A stretch of 64,000 bases of DNA from Nannocystis pusilla (GTDB taxonomy: Bacteria; Myxococcota_A; Polyangia; Nannocystales; Nannocystaceae). The translations under genes were made by a program, and so were the position numbers. Below, in pieces: positions 1 through 13,009 of this stretch. The notes below the pieces were generated by a model. It saw nothing but the letters and a program-made list of their open reading frames with translations, searched no databases and was not told the DNA's origin. Position 1 is the first letter of the stretch. Every line of letters starts with the position of its first letter. The stretch lies in the NCBI RefSeq assembly GCF_049060185.1, contig NZ_JBMEQO010000002.1, one strand, 5' to 3'.

Positions 1-921
1 AGGCGGGTGATGAACAGCGCGTCCGGCAGCGACGCGAACGTCGCCCCCACCGGGCACGTGGGGATCTCGTCGCGGCAAGCGATGTCGTTGAGCCGGCCCT
101 TGCCGCGGCAGATCAGCCCCGCCGGGCCCACGCGGCCTCCACCGGGCTCTTGAAGGTTTCGTCGGTGGTGCCGTGGATCCCCACACGTCCTCCAGCACCA
201 CCGAGACCCCGGCCTGCGTGTGCGCGCTCCCGTCGTAGCAATAATCGGCGCGGACCACCCGGATCGCAGTCTCGAACAATTCGAGGTCTTGCGTCGTCTG
301 CGCCAAATCGTAGTACCCGAGCGCCGCCGCCTTGCCTGTCGCGCCGGTGTCACAGGCCAGGTAGAGCACCCCCGGCGCGGCCGTCACCTCGCCGGTGGCC
401 TCGTGGATGGTGAGCCCCGACAGCACCCGCGCGAGGCCGGGGCCGTCCTGGCCTTCGGGACAGTTCGGCACCTCGACGTCGCCCTGGTGGTGGAAGAACT
501 GGTAGTGCGGCACGCCGTCGATCTCGAGCACGTCGAGCAGGAACATCGGCAGCGATACGAGCCCCATGTTGAAGCCGATGGTCCACTCCGAGCCCAGCAG
601 CGCGGCCCCGCGGTGCTCCTCGCCGATCCCGTCCACACCGACGAGCTCGCCGGTGTCCACCCCCAGCTCCGTCAACGCGACGTCGCCCGCGAGCGCCACC
701 CCGTCGAGCCCCGCGCCGAGGTGCGGCACCCCGAGCGGCCCGAGCTCGGAGAACTGGTGCTCGTCGAGGGCGTGGGTGTTGAACACGGGGCCGCCGCCCG
801 AGTTGCCGCCGGTGAGCAGGACACGGAGCTCGACCTCCTCGTCTTCGGGTGCACAGGCGTTCCCCAGCAGGGACGCGAAGAGGAGGCCGACGGGGATCCA
901 GGACTGCAAGGCAGGTCGCAT
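1..921 (-). CDS. Secreted protein or lipoprotein of unknown function; its 3' end runs off the window start. Start ATG at 921 (MRPALQSWIPVGLLFASLLGNAC...). At least one frame change near 150-200.
   Basis: The reverse-strand translation has an N-terminal signal peptide and realistic high-GC codon usage. Later segments such as GLICRGKGRLNDIACRDEIPTCPVGATF read only in other frames. The provided ORF track omits it, probably because it extends past the window start. Confidence 0.45.
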   Translation of the reverse strand, partial: MRPALQSWIPVGLLFASLLGNACAPEDEEVELRVLLTGGNSGGGPVFNTHALDEHQFSELGPLGVPHLGAGLDGVALAGDVALTELGVDTGELVGVDGIGEEHRGAALLGSEWTIGFNMGLVSLPMFLLDVLEIDGVPHYQFFHHQGDVEVPNCPEGQDGPGLARVLSGLTIHEATGEVTAAPGVLYLACDTGATGKAAALGYYDLAQTTQDLELFETAIRVVRADYCYDGSAHTQAGVSVVLEDVWGSTAPPTKPSRARWRPRGPGGADLPRQGPAQRHRLPRRDPHVPGGGDVRVAAGRAVHHPP

Positions 922-3452
922 GCCCGCGCCTGTGCAAGTCCCGGGCCCGACTGGGGGCGCGAGCTCCCGACCCTCGCTCGGCCCTCGCTCCTCGCTCCTG
1001 TCGCCCGCCCGACCACGCCCGCGCGTCTGCTGTCGACCGCCCGACCACAACCCGCCTCCACCTGCCCTGCGCCCACGTCGACGCGCGTGGCATGGGCGCT
1101 GCAATGCGGCCGGCGAGAACGATCATGCAAGCTCCTGCCTCGCGCCTCCTCATCTCCGCCGTCAGCCTCGCGGTCGTCGCCGCTTGTGACCCCGAGCTCG
1201 CGCCGCGACCCGAAACCACCGCGCGCGAGGCCAGCCTCCTGGCCGCGCCGGGGCTCGACTGTCTCACCGACACCAAGCTGCGCCTTCATCACGACGACGG
1301 CACCCTCGACGTCACCACCGACCTCGCCGCCGGCCTCGCCGAGCTCGCGCGGCCGCGCGACCTCGTCGAGCTCTCCTTCGTTGTCACCCCCAGTGCGCCG
1401 CCGACCACCGCCGCCTCACCCTCGCCGCCTACACCACCCAGGGCATCAACCTCGGCCTCGACCCGGTTCACCCGCCGACCGCCTTCGACGTCCACACCAC
1501 CCGCCTCACCGGCGACACCCACGTCCTGCGCGTGCGCTTGCCCGACTGCTACTACGAGCTCGACCTCGCGTTCGGCGAGCCGCTCTCGGTCCAGCGGCAC
1601 CAGCTCACCTACACCGCCCAGTCGCGCCTGATCTTCGCCGCGATCGGCGGCGACACAACTTGCGACGAGGCCCCCTCGCGGTCGAGCGCTTCGATCCCGT
1701 CGAGGCCGGCTGGGGCGACGCTCCCGTGTCCGCTCACTTCGGCTGGCGGCTCACCGCCGACCCGGCAGCCCAGCTTCGCTGCGAGTTCGACTTCGACGCC
1801 GACGGCCAGGCCGACGCGATCCACGAGCCCTGCAGCCGCACCACCGAGCTCGTCAAGACCGCCGCCCTGCCGCAGTGGACCTACCCCGTCGGCAAGCACC
1901 GGCCCGAGCTCGTCGTCAGCGACGGCCGGCGGCGGATCTGGGCCGGCACCGACATCTACGCCAACCACCTCGACTACAAGCCCGATGTCCACTTCCTCGA
2001 GCAGCGGCCCGACTTCCTCGGCGCCGACGTCACCGTCAAGCCCGCCCCCGACCTGAGCCAGGTCGTGCTCCACTTCAAGGACGCGGCGACCCTCCCCGAC
2101 GTCGCCGCGAGCGAGGTCGTCGTCGGTCACGGCGGCGCGCGCGGCTACATGTTGCGCGTCGAGTCCGTCACCTACGACGACGCCGACCTCGTGCTCCTCG
2201 GCGTGCCGGTCGGCCTCGACGACGTGCTCGCCGGCGGCTTCTTCGGCGTCCGCGACCTGCCGATCGACACCTCCGACGTCGCCTGCGTCGAGGCGCCGTG
2301 CCCCGACGAGATCGTCGTGCTCCCCGACCCGCTCGCGGGCTCCGACGAGCTCGTGGAGCTCGGAACGCTCGCGCTCGACGAGGACGAGGGCCCGATCCTC
2401 CTCCTGGCGGCCCCAGGCTGGTGTTCAAGCTCGGCGACCACGGCGAGCTCCACTTCTCCCCGGCCTCGACGTCGAGCGCTTCGAGCTCGACGTCGACTGG
2501 CTCAGCATCCCTCACGCCGACGTGGCGATCACGCCGACCATCCACGCCAGCATCGTCGTCAAGGCCGGCCTCACCCAGTCCATCGAGTTCGGCGAGATCT
2601 ACCTCGGGACCTTACCCCTGGCCATCCCAATATCGATCATGCTGCGGCCCGAGCTGGAGGTCGAGGCCGCCTACAAGTTCACCGGCACCGTCGCTGCGAG
2701 CGCCACCGGCACCGCTTTCAAGGATCACACCGGCTGGCGGACCGGGCTCGAGACCCACGTGAACGGCTTCCTCGACAACTTCGGCGCCGCCATGGGCCCC
2801 GAGCTCAGCGCCACCTTGCTGGCCAAGTTCGTCATGACGCTCGGCTTCCTCGACGGCCCCTACGTCGCGCCGCTCGCCACCGTCGGCCTGCGCAACACCA
2901 TGAACGGCTGCGAGACCTGCAACCTGGCCTTTTGGGAGGGCGGCGCCGAGTTCGGGTGGAGGCCTTCGGCAGCGAGCTGTTCGACGCGATCAAGATCATC
3001 CTCGCCGCCGGCGAGATCTGGAAGGAGTGCGAGGCCACCGGGCCGTCCTGCGAGCCGCTGTCGGGCGGCCCCGTCATCGTCCGCCCGCGCGACGGCGTCC
3101 TCCTCGACTGCCAGCAATACCCGAAGCTGGTGTTCCGCGCGCCCGGGGCCGCCACCACCGAGGACGTGAACAGCCCGCATCAGTTCACCATCCACGTGAA
3201 CGCGACGCACCAGCAGCACGGCCTCTACAATTACGTCGTCAACACCGCCTTCCGCGGCGGTCTGCCCGAGTGGGACCTCCAGTGCGTCCCGCTCGGCGAC
3301 GACGGCTGGGGCGAGTGCACCTTCACCCCGGCCGACAACCCGTGCATGCTCGGCGGCTCGCAGTGGTCCAATCATTCGTGGAGCGTCACTGCTCACGTCC
3401 CGCCGGCCAGCGGCAACCCCACCGACGTCGCCACCTTCGACGTCCCTGAACC

Positions 3453-4805
<1,353 letters not shown>

Positions 4806-4928
4806 CGCCTACGCCTACGATCAAACGCCGGCGAGGGCAACGTGGCGCGCTCACACGCGAGCCCGCGATCGCCCGCGCACGCCGGTCCGCCGGCCCGCCC
4901 TTGAACACCCTGTGCCGCCGATCCAGGC

Positions 4929-6475
4929 TTGACCAGCCCTGTCGGGCCTGTCATTCGAACTCGAAGCCTGTCCGCCGTCTTCGCCGTATCGACCCTCTTC
5001 CTCTCCGCGTGCGGCGATCGCCCGCTCGAGGACCAGCCCGAGGATGGTTGCGCGCTCGACCAGCCGTCCCTCCTCGTGCCGCTGCCCGCCGGTTGGGATC
5101 CGGACGAGCCGTCGTCCAGCCTCAGCATGTGGGTCACCGACAATCACCTGCTCTACCACTTCGACGAGTTCCGGCAACACGGCCGGTTCGACCTCGTCCC
5201 CTCTGCGGCGGCGCCCGCGCTCGTCGCCGAGAAGGCTCCTCTGTACCTGGCCTATTCGGTGATGAACTCCGAGCAAGGCCCGGTATTCTATCAATCGGGG
5301 ATTACACGCTGGACTTGATCGATCGCCTCGAGGTCCCCGGCCGCGACGAGATCCGGCGAGTCGGCGACTTCTCCCCGCCCCGGGCGACGAAGACGACGTG
5401 CTGTCGGTGGAGAGTCGCGGCGGCGACTTCGGCAAGGTGTACGGATTCATCCGGACCAGCACGGCGCCGGACCGCGTGACCGACGGCGTGGCGGGGATCG
5501 GCGGCGCGCGCTCGCGCTACTACTTCCACAGCGGCGACCTCGACACGCAGGCCGTGCTCATCGGCGACGATATCGTCCGTTACTACCAGGCCGACAACCT
5601 GGCCTTCATGCTCCGCGACGACGGCAGCGTCGACACCTTCGACCGCGAGACCGGCGAGGCCGAGCACATCCTCGACGGCGCGCGCTACATCGAATCGGTG
5701 TGGACCGCCGACGACCACCTCCACCTGCTCTACCAGGTCATGGGCGACGACGCGTCCGAGCCGGTGCGCATCCGCGACCTCGAGACCGGTGAGGAGCGCG
5801 AGGTCACCGTCAACGACTTCGCGGCCTACTCCTGGGGCCGCGGTCCGACGACCGGCGCCGGCCATTGGCGCGTGGCGGCCGGCCCGGACACCACGGTGTT
5901 CGCGCTCCGTGGCCTCGACTCTCGCTTCGTCGAGGCCTACCGCCTCGACACCCTCGAGCCCCTCGCGATCCCCGACCACCTCGGCTCCTCGTCCTTCATC
6001 GAGGGAGTTACCCTGGATTCGCGCTCGTCGTGCCCGATCCCGAGGACCACGTGATCGCGGTGTGGAACGCGCTGACTGGCGCGATGGTCGAGGTCTACCG
6101 CGGCCCCGAGCCGGACTGGCGGTTCCGCCTGATCCACGACAGCGGCCACGTGCATTACGAGCGCCCGAACGCCGACGGCAGCATGCGACGAATCGCCGTC
6201 GATCTGGCCTCGGGCGAGGCCACCACAGTGATCCCGCGGATCGGCGATTCGTGGCTCCCCTGGCGGACGGCCGCCTCCTCTCGCGCCTCGACATCAGCGA
6301 GGAAGAGATCAAGCACGAGTTCGAGTACGCGCTGGTCGACCCTGACACCGGTGATTACGAGCTCCTGGTCGAAAGGACAGGCGAGGCGGCGCTCGTCGAG
6401 GGCGTCGGGCTCCTGTACCTCGACCTCGAGGCGTCCAGGCCGGGCATCTGGACCCTGCCGTTCCCGCCGCGCTGA
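4929..6475 (+). CDS. Lipoprotein of unknown function (~515 aa), possibly beta-propeller-like. TTG start with signal peptide MTSPVGPVIRTRSLSAVFAVSTLFLSACGD. At least 2 frame changes.
   Basis: Protein-like segments from ORFs 4929.., 5398.., 5865.. and 5789.. join end-to-end, for example ...RLEVPGRDEIRRVGDFS/PGDEDDVLSVESRGGDFGKVYGF. Confidence 0.5.
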
Positions 6476-6591
6476 TCCGTCATTCAAGCCTTCGCCGCCG
6501 TGACCCCGGCGAGGCCCGCAGGGGCCACGGACTGCGACGGCACGGCCGTCGCCTTGCCGAGCGGCAAAATCAGCTTCAACCGTTGGTTGGG

Positions 6592-6878
6592 TCAGTTCGC
6601 TGCCTCAAATGCGTATACGGTTCGTAGATCCGTGTCCGCTGCCCGCCCGCCGCATATCTCGTCCGGGTTGCCAGGGCATGGAAGGTCGCATACTCCGCCT
6701 TCTCTTAGAGATGTCGCGCGCGTGCCAGCATCCAGTGCGTCTGCCACGTAACAGCGATCCTCGTACATGCCAAAAAATGGGTGATACTCCGCGGCATCGG
6801 CGCATTCGGAAAGTGTGGCTGCAAGCGTGGCGAGCGTAAAAGTTGGGAACCCAGTAGTAGAAGCGAAACAGCCAACAT
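6592..6878 (-). CDS. Small secreted Cys-containing protein (~95 aa) in a low-GC islet: MLAVSLLLLG... then ...ECADAAEYHPFFGMYEDRCYVADALDAGTRATSLREGGVCDLPCPGNPDEICGGRAADTDLRTVYAFEAAN. One frame change. It loosely resembles a WSC/PAN-like carbohydrate-binding module.
   Basis: Found by translating the minus strand by hand. It is not a single ORF in the track. GC is about 55% against a background of about 70%. Confidence 0.3.
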
Positions 6879-7116
6879 ATGTAAATCCCTATCCTCGCAG
6901 GATCAGGATAACCCCCTCTGATGGCGCTTGAGGTAACAAGCTCATGGCAATCGCTGCGAGCGGAAGGGCCCCATATCGACGGAACTGCTGCATCATCAAC
7001 GTACCTGCGATTGCGAGATTGGCGACCAGCTGTTCAAGCTGTTGCAGGGTTCCAGAAAACGGGCCAAGGTTTGGGTCGCCGGCCCACGGATTTTACTCGG
7101 CTTCCTGTGCCGGTGT

Positions 7117-7143
7117 GGGCGTGCACGACGCTCGTGCACGCCC
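7117..7143. terminator. Perfect 12-bp inverted repeat (GGGCGTGCACGA cgc TCGTGCACGCCC) about 80 bp after the stop of the minus-strand lipoprotein gene. Terminator-like hairpin.
   Basis: The palindrome is read directly in the sequence. Confidence 0.4.
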
Positions 7144-7224
7144 ACGGCCGCGCTGGGAGCCAGCGGCGCGGCCGTGCAGCACGCGACAACCTCCGCGCCC
7201 TCGAGTGCGCCCGGAGCGGGAGCG

Positions 7225-7746
7225 TCAATGGGCTTCGGTCTTCTCGAAAGCACGCAAGAGTGCGGCGACCAGGCGGCCAGGCGGATCCGACACCTCGCTC
7301 TGCCGTTGCACGCGCAGATGCTCCACGTGCGGCTCGTCCGCGGAGCGGATGGTGACCACACATGCGGTGCCGCCCAATTCTGCTGCCTCGGTCGTATAGG
7401 GCGCCGAAGCAAGAACGTCGCGGGTCAGTGACTCGAGTTCGCTCGCTGTCTGGGGTGAGAGCGCGGCCGTCGTGGTCTCGGACGGAAGGCCGACGGCGTT
7501 GTTGGCTCCCTCCTGCGCGGTGAACGTCCTCCGCTGCGCGCCGAGATCGATGATCCACGCCTTCGACCAGAAGAAGCCGTGGTTCTCGGCGCCGCAGGCG
7601 TACACGATTTGCCAGGGACCCGGCGGCACAGGTCGGGTTCGTGGCGGCTCGACCGGCCGAGCTGGCTCCGCGGATCGGGCCGGCTCGGTGCACCCGGCAC
7701 ACACGACGACGATGAGGAACAGGCGGGTCACCTTCACGAGCGCCAT
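7225..7746 (-). CDS. Small lipoprotein of unknown function (173 aa; MALVKVTRLFLIVVVCAGCTEP...).
   Basis: This is the in-frame 3' part of ORF 7225..7980, starting from an ATG with a signal peptide. The N-terminal extension of that ORF looks spurious. Confidence 0.5.
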   Translation of the reverse strand: MALVKVTRLFLIVVVCAGCTEPARSAEPARPVEPPRTRPVPPGPWQIVYACGAENHGFFWSKAWIIDLGAQRRTFTAQEGANNAVGLPSETTTAALSPQTASELESLTRDVLASAPYTTEAAELGGTACVVTIRSADEPHVEHLRVQRQSEVSDPPGRLVAALLRAFEKTEAH

Positions 7747-8473
7747 TCTGCCAGGCCATGAGGCCGGCATGGGAGCTATTACGCGCGGTCGTGGCGTGGA
7801 GATCCAGGGCCGCCGCGATCTGCTGCCACGTGCCATCGCTGCGCCTGCGCTCATACCAGCGCCAGCACGTCGTCGAGGCGCCATACTCCGCTCCCGGTCG
7901 AAGACTTCCTTCGCCGACACGCTGAGTTTCGCCCCTGCCATTCGGACCTGCTCCCGGCGCGCCGCAGATCTTCGCAGCATGCTGCGCGTGCTGCCGAGCC
8001 CTCGGCGTCTACTCCCACGAGCTCACCCTGATGCTGGTTCCGTTCGCGGCTGGGGCTCCAGGGCGTCGGCGGTTGGTCAGTACGCGTCGCCGGCCGATGC
8101 CGCTTGCCGAGGCTGCTCGAGTCGACGGAGACTTGGTGTCACTTGCACGCCGGAATGTTCCGGTCGCTCAGGACCTTTCCGCGCCGTCACGTTCGCCGAC
8201 CCTGCGCTCGACGAGCAGCTCCTCGCGCGGTCAGCTTGACGATGTCCACCGTCGCCACCTGCGCCAGCGAGCAGCCGAGCACCAACGCCCGAGACCTGTC
8301 CGTGGCAGGCTCGTCCGCCTTCCGAAGGCGGGGCTCACACGCCCCAGGCGAAAAGCTCTTGCAAGCGGGAGCGGCCTCGGCCCTGCGCCCGCTCTTTCGA
8401 TTGCGTCCGGGGACATCCGCGTGCTATGCGATCGGGTTACTCTGCTGCGCGCAGACGAGTACCACGCGAGGAA

Positions 8474-11400
8474 ATGCACATGCCGACCTCTATTCGCCTC
8501 GGCAATTCGGAGGAACGCTCGGCTCTCTGTCCCGTCGTCGGTATCGGCGCCTCCGCCGGCGGCCTCGAGGCCTTGGAGCAACTGTTCGCCCACGTGCCGC
8601 CCGAGCCCGGCGTGGCCTTCGTCGTCGTCTCGCACCTCGCCCCGCACCTCCCGAGCCTCATGCCCGAACTGCTCGCCAAGCAGACGGCGCTGCCGGTGAG
8701 CGCGGCAGAGGACGGAGCGCGCGTCGAGCCCGACCACGTGTACATCATCCCTCCCAACGCGGCCCTCACCCTCGAGCACGGCGCGCTTCGACTCGAAGCG
8801 CGAGACGACCGCACCAACCTCATCGACACGTTTCTCCGCTCCCTGGCCGAGGAGCGCGGAGAGCGAGCGATCGGCGTCATCCTCTCCGGGACCGGCAGCG
8901 ACGGCAGCCTCGGCCTCAAGGCGATCAAGGAGCACGGCGGGGTGGCGATGGCACAGGACCTCGCCTCCGCGAAGTACAACACGATGCCCCGCACCGCGAT
9001 CGACGCCGGCCAGGTCGACTGGATCCTCCCGGTCGAGGCGATGCCCGCCAAGGTGATGGAGTACGTCGCACGCATCCAGAGCGCCGGCGCAGGCCCGGTC
9101 GATGGCGCGCACGATGCGACCAGGGCGCGCGAGCACGACTTGCTGATGCATCAGCTGTGCGGGCTCATTCACCGCAGGACCGGGCGCGACTTCAGCCGCT
9201 ACAAGCGTTCGACGATGGAACGACGGGTGCAGCGGCGAATCCATGTGCTCCAGCAGCGCTCGCTGGAAGATTACGTCGACCTGTTGAAGAACACGCCCGC
9301 GGAGGTCGATCGGCTGTTTCAGGATCTGCTGATCAGCGTGACCCAATTCTTCCGCGATCCCGAGCTGTTCGAGGCGCTGGCTCGGGACGTCTTGCCGCGG
9401 ATCCTCGCGGACCGGGCGCCGGACGACCCGGTGCGGGTGTGGGTCCCCGGCTGCGCCACCGGCGAGGAAGCCTACTCGATCGCCATGCTCCTGGCCGAGG
9501 CGCCGCAGACGGCGGCCCTCGGCGCCAAGATCTTCGCCACCGACATCGACGACGAGGCGCTGGAGATGGCGCGGGCCGGGCGATACCCGGAGACGATCGC
9601 GGACCGAGTCTCCCGGAGCGGCTCGAACGCTTCTTCGCGCCCCGAGCGAACAGAGGGTGGCAGGTTCGCAAGGAGATCCGGGACATGTGCGTCTTCTCGA
9701 CGCACAGCATCATCAGCGATCCACCGTTTTCGCGGCTCGACCTGATCTCGTGCCGAAACGTGCTGATCTACCTCGAGAGCGATCTACAGCGAACCGTCTT
9801 TCCGTTGTTCCACTACGGTCTCCGTCCCGGCGGCTTCCTTTGCTCGGACCGTCCGAAAACGTCACGGCCCACCCCCAACTGTTCGCCGCCGTCGATGCGA
9901 AGCAACGGATCTTCCAGCGGAAGGAGGCGAAGGTCTCCGTCAGGTTTCCGGTCGGGGGCCTCGCCCTGTCCGGTCGTCGGATCGCCGAGGCGCCGCAGGG
10001 CCACGAGGCGGCGACCCGGGATCAGAGCCTCACCCGGACGCTCGAGCGCCTGATCCTCGCCGTCTATGCGCCCCCGCCGTCATCGTCCGCGGCAACGGCG
10101 GGATCGTGTTCGTCTCGGGGCAGACGCGGAAGTTCCTCGAGCTCGCGCCGGGCGCGGCGGGGATCAACGTGCTCGAGATGGCCAGCAAGGAGCTCCGGCC
10201 GCACTTGCACGTGTTGCTGCGCGAGGCCACCAGCAAGCGCCAGGAGCGGATCCAGCGCGGTGTCTCGCTCCCCGTCGACGGCCGCATTCAGCCGGTCGAC
10301 ATCGTCGTCCGGCCGCTCCTCGAGCTCGGCGCGGACTCCGATCTGTACGCCGTGATCTTTTACGAGGCAGGCACCTCCCTGAGCCCCGAACAGGCGGAGG
10401 CCGAGGGCCGCGCCCCGCAATCGGCGACGCGCACGCCGTCGCGCTCGAGACCGAGCTGCGCAGCACGCGGGAGAACCTGCAGACGGCGGTCGAGGAGCTC
10501 GAGGTCGCGAACGAGGAGCTGAAGTCGACCAACGAGGAGCTTCAATCGTCCAACGAGGAGCTCCAGTCGGCCAACGAAGAGCTCCAGACCTCGAAGGAGG
10601 AGCTGCAATCGATCAACGAGGAGCTCCATACCGTCAACGCCGAGCTGAGCCGCAAGCTCCAGGAGCTCGACAAGGCCAACAGCGACCTGCAAAACCTGTT
10701 CGCCAGCAGCCGGATCGCCACCGTGTTCCTGGCCGGCGACCTCACCATCAAGCGCTTCTCGCCCGAGGCGAGCCAACTGTTTCGGCTGATCGACAGCGAC
10801 GTCGGGCGCGACATCTCCGACATCGTCCCGAGGTTCGCCGGCGGTGACCTCGTCGCGGACGCCGAGCGAGTGCTGCAGACCCAGTCCGCGTCGCAACGCG
10901 AGGTCCACCTGCTGGATGCGGATATCTGGTACCTGCAGCGGATCCAGCCCTACCGATCGACCGACGACGTGGTCATCGGCGTGGTCATCACATTCGTCGA
11001 CATCACCGATTTGAAGTCCGCCCGGGACTCGGCGCGCCGGCTGGCGGCGATCGTGGAGTCGTCCCACGACGCCATCCTGGCGCTCGATGACCGCGCTGCG
11101 ATCGTGACCTGGAACCCCGGCGCCGAGCTGATGTTCGGTCACACCGCGAAGGAAGCCGCCGGACGAACGATCGACTTCCTCGCCGCCCCCGGCGAATCGT
11201 CGCCGTTCGCCTCGGCCTTCGCCGCGGCCCTCCGCGGCGAGCGCAGCCCGCCGATCGAGGCGTTCTTGCAGCGAAAGGACGGCTCGTCGGTGCGGGTGCT
11301 GGCGAGTATGTCGCCCATCACCGACACCCAGGGCAGCCGGGCCGCGGTCTCGTGGATCGCGCGCGACATCACGGAGCACGAGCGCGACCGACAGGCCCTC

Positions 11401-12556
11401 CGCGAGAGCCAGGAGCGCTTCCACGCGGTCAACGCGGCGGATCGGAAGAAGACCGAGTTCCTCGCCCTGCTGGGCCACGAGCTGCGAAACCCGCTCGCGC
11501 CGATCCGCAACGCGATTCATTATTTGCGGCGGGCCGTGCCGACCCCCACCCCGAGATCCAGCGGGCGGTCGAAATGGTCGATCGCCAGGCCGCGCACATG
11601 GCCCGGCTCATCGATGATTTGTTGGACGTCTCCCGAATCTCCAGCGGGAAGATCCTCCTCAAGAAGCGGCGCGAAGACCTCGTCGCCGTGGTCCGCACCG
11701 TGGTCGAGGATCACCGCACCGAGGCGGCCCGCGCGGGGTCTCCGTGCAGTTCACCGCCCGCGAGCCTCTCCCGGTGAACGGAGACGCGGTGCGGCTGTCG
11801 CAATGCATCAGCAATATCCTCGGCAACGCGTTCGATTCACCGACCCCGGCGGACGGATCTCCGTCGTGCTCGAGCGGCGAGGCGACACCGCGGTCGTGCG
11901 GGTGAGCGACAACGGCGTCGGCATGGACCCCGAGACTCTGGCCAGAGCCTTCGAGCCCTTCGCGCAGTCCGACATTCACCTCGCACGAGGGCGGGGCGGC
12001 CTCGGCCTCGGCCTCTCGCTCGTCAAGGCGCTGGTCGAGCTGCACGGGGGCACGGTCGAGGCGACGAGCGCGGGCCAGGGACGTGGTACGGAGGTCTCGA
12101 TTCGGTTGCCCCTCGTGGCTTCAGCCCCGCCCGCCACGGAAGCGGACTCGCCGGAGCTCCCGGGCCCCCCGACGATCGGCGGCACGTGCTCGTGATCGAG
12201 GACAACGAGGACGCCGCTCAGAGCCTCGGCATGTTGCTCGACATCTGGGGTCATACGGCCGCGATCGCCGACTCGGGCGCAGCAGGGGTGGAGGCGGCGC
12301 TCGCAGATCCACCCGACGTGGTCCTGTGCGACCTCAGCTCTCCGGCTCCATGGACGGCTACGAGGTGTGCCGGGCCCTCCGCGCGGCCTCGTCGACAGCA
12401 GGCGCCCTCATCATCGCCTTGACCGGTCACGGCCTCCCATCGGACACGGAGAATGTCAAGAGGGCCGGCTTCGATCTGCATTTGATCAAGCCGGTCGACC
12501 CCGAAGCGCTCGCGCGAATCATCCATCACTCGCCGCTCGTGCATGCGCCCGGTTGA
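8474..12556 (+). CDS. Hybrid sensor histidine kinase (~1360 aa): CheB-type methylesterase domain, CheR-type methyltransferase domain, heptad coiled coil, PAS domains, HisKA, HATPase_c and a C-terminal receiver domain. At least 8 frame changes.
   Basis: CheB: CPVVGIGASAGGLEALEQLF...VVVSHLAPH. CheR: RDFSRYKRSTMERRVQRRI...VWVPGCATGEEAYSIAMLL. Coiled coil: NEELKSTNEELQSSNEELQSANEELQTSKEELQSINEELHTV. HisKA: FLALLGHELRNPLAPI. HATPase: VSDNGVGMDPE...GGLGLGLSLVKALVELHGGTV. REC: VLVIEDNEDAAQSLGMLLD...PGMDGYEVCRALR...LIALTGHGLPSDTENVKRAGFDLHLIKP. The pieces come from ORFs 8426.., 9657.., 10066.., 10106.., 11352.., 12186.. and 12083... Confidence 0.75.
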
Positions 12557-13009
12557 TATCGGCACGGCAGGGCGTCAGCTGCAGCTCCACCTCGACGGCT
12601 GCCCCTGCGCGAGCTCGAACCGGTGAGATCCCGCTTGCGCCACGTCGCCTCCCTCCTCGTGCTCATGGCTTGCCCTTCGTCCGCGCTCGGGCCGGCGCCT
12701 CGTCATGACGCAGCTCACCGGACCCTTACGGATCGTCCGCTTTAGGCAATGCCGGGCGCCGACCCGGCCGCGCGGGACCTCACCGTCCACTCGCTCCGGC
12801 GGACGCGCCCCGTCGACCGCCACACGGACGCCCGGCCGCGCGACTCCCCGTCCACACGTTCTGGCGGCCCGCCGACCCGGCCGCGCGATTCGTCAGCGCG
12901 TCGAACCCGAGCGCGAACGGCTTCACCCAGGCCAACGTGAATAGGTAGGGCCTGGCCGGGCCCGCCGTCGAGCTCGACGAGCCCCGACAGGCACCCGCTC
13001 TCGCGCGCC

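Noticed and set aside
6921-7431. Several 130-150-aa ORFs on both strands in the low-GC islet
   Set aside because: No protein-like segments. They overlap a strong hairpin and each other, so they are probably non-coding.
8231-9346. 371-aa ORF antisense to the CheB/CheR kinase (and similar long antisense ORFs such as 27396..30881 frame parts, 39468..41198 and 56466..58316)
   Set aside because: They have no domain-like segments and a biased Arg/Ala/Gly composition typical of antisense strands in high-GC genes. The opposite strand encodes recognisable proteins.
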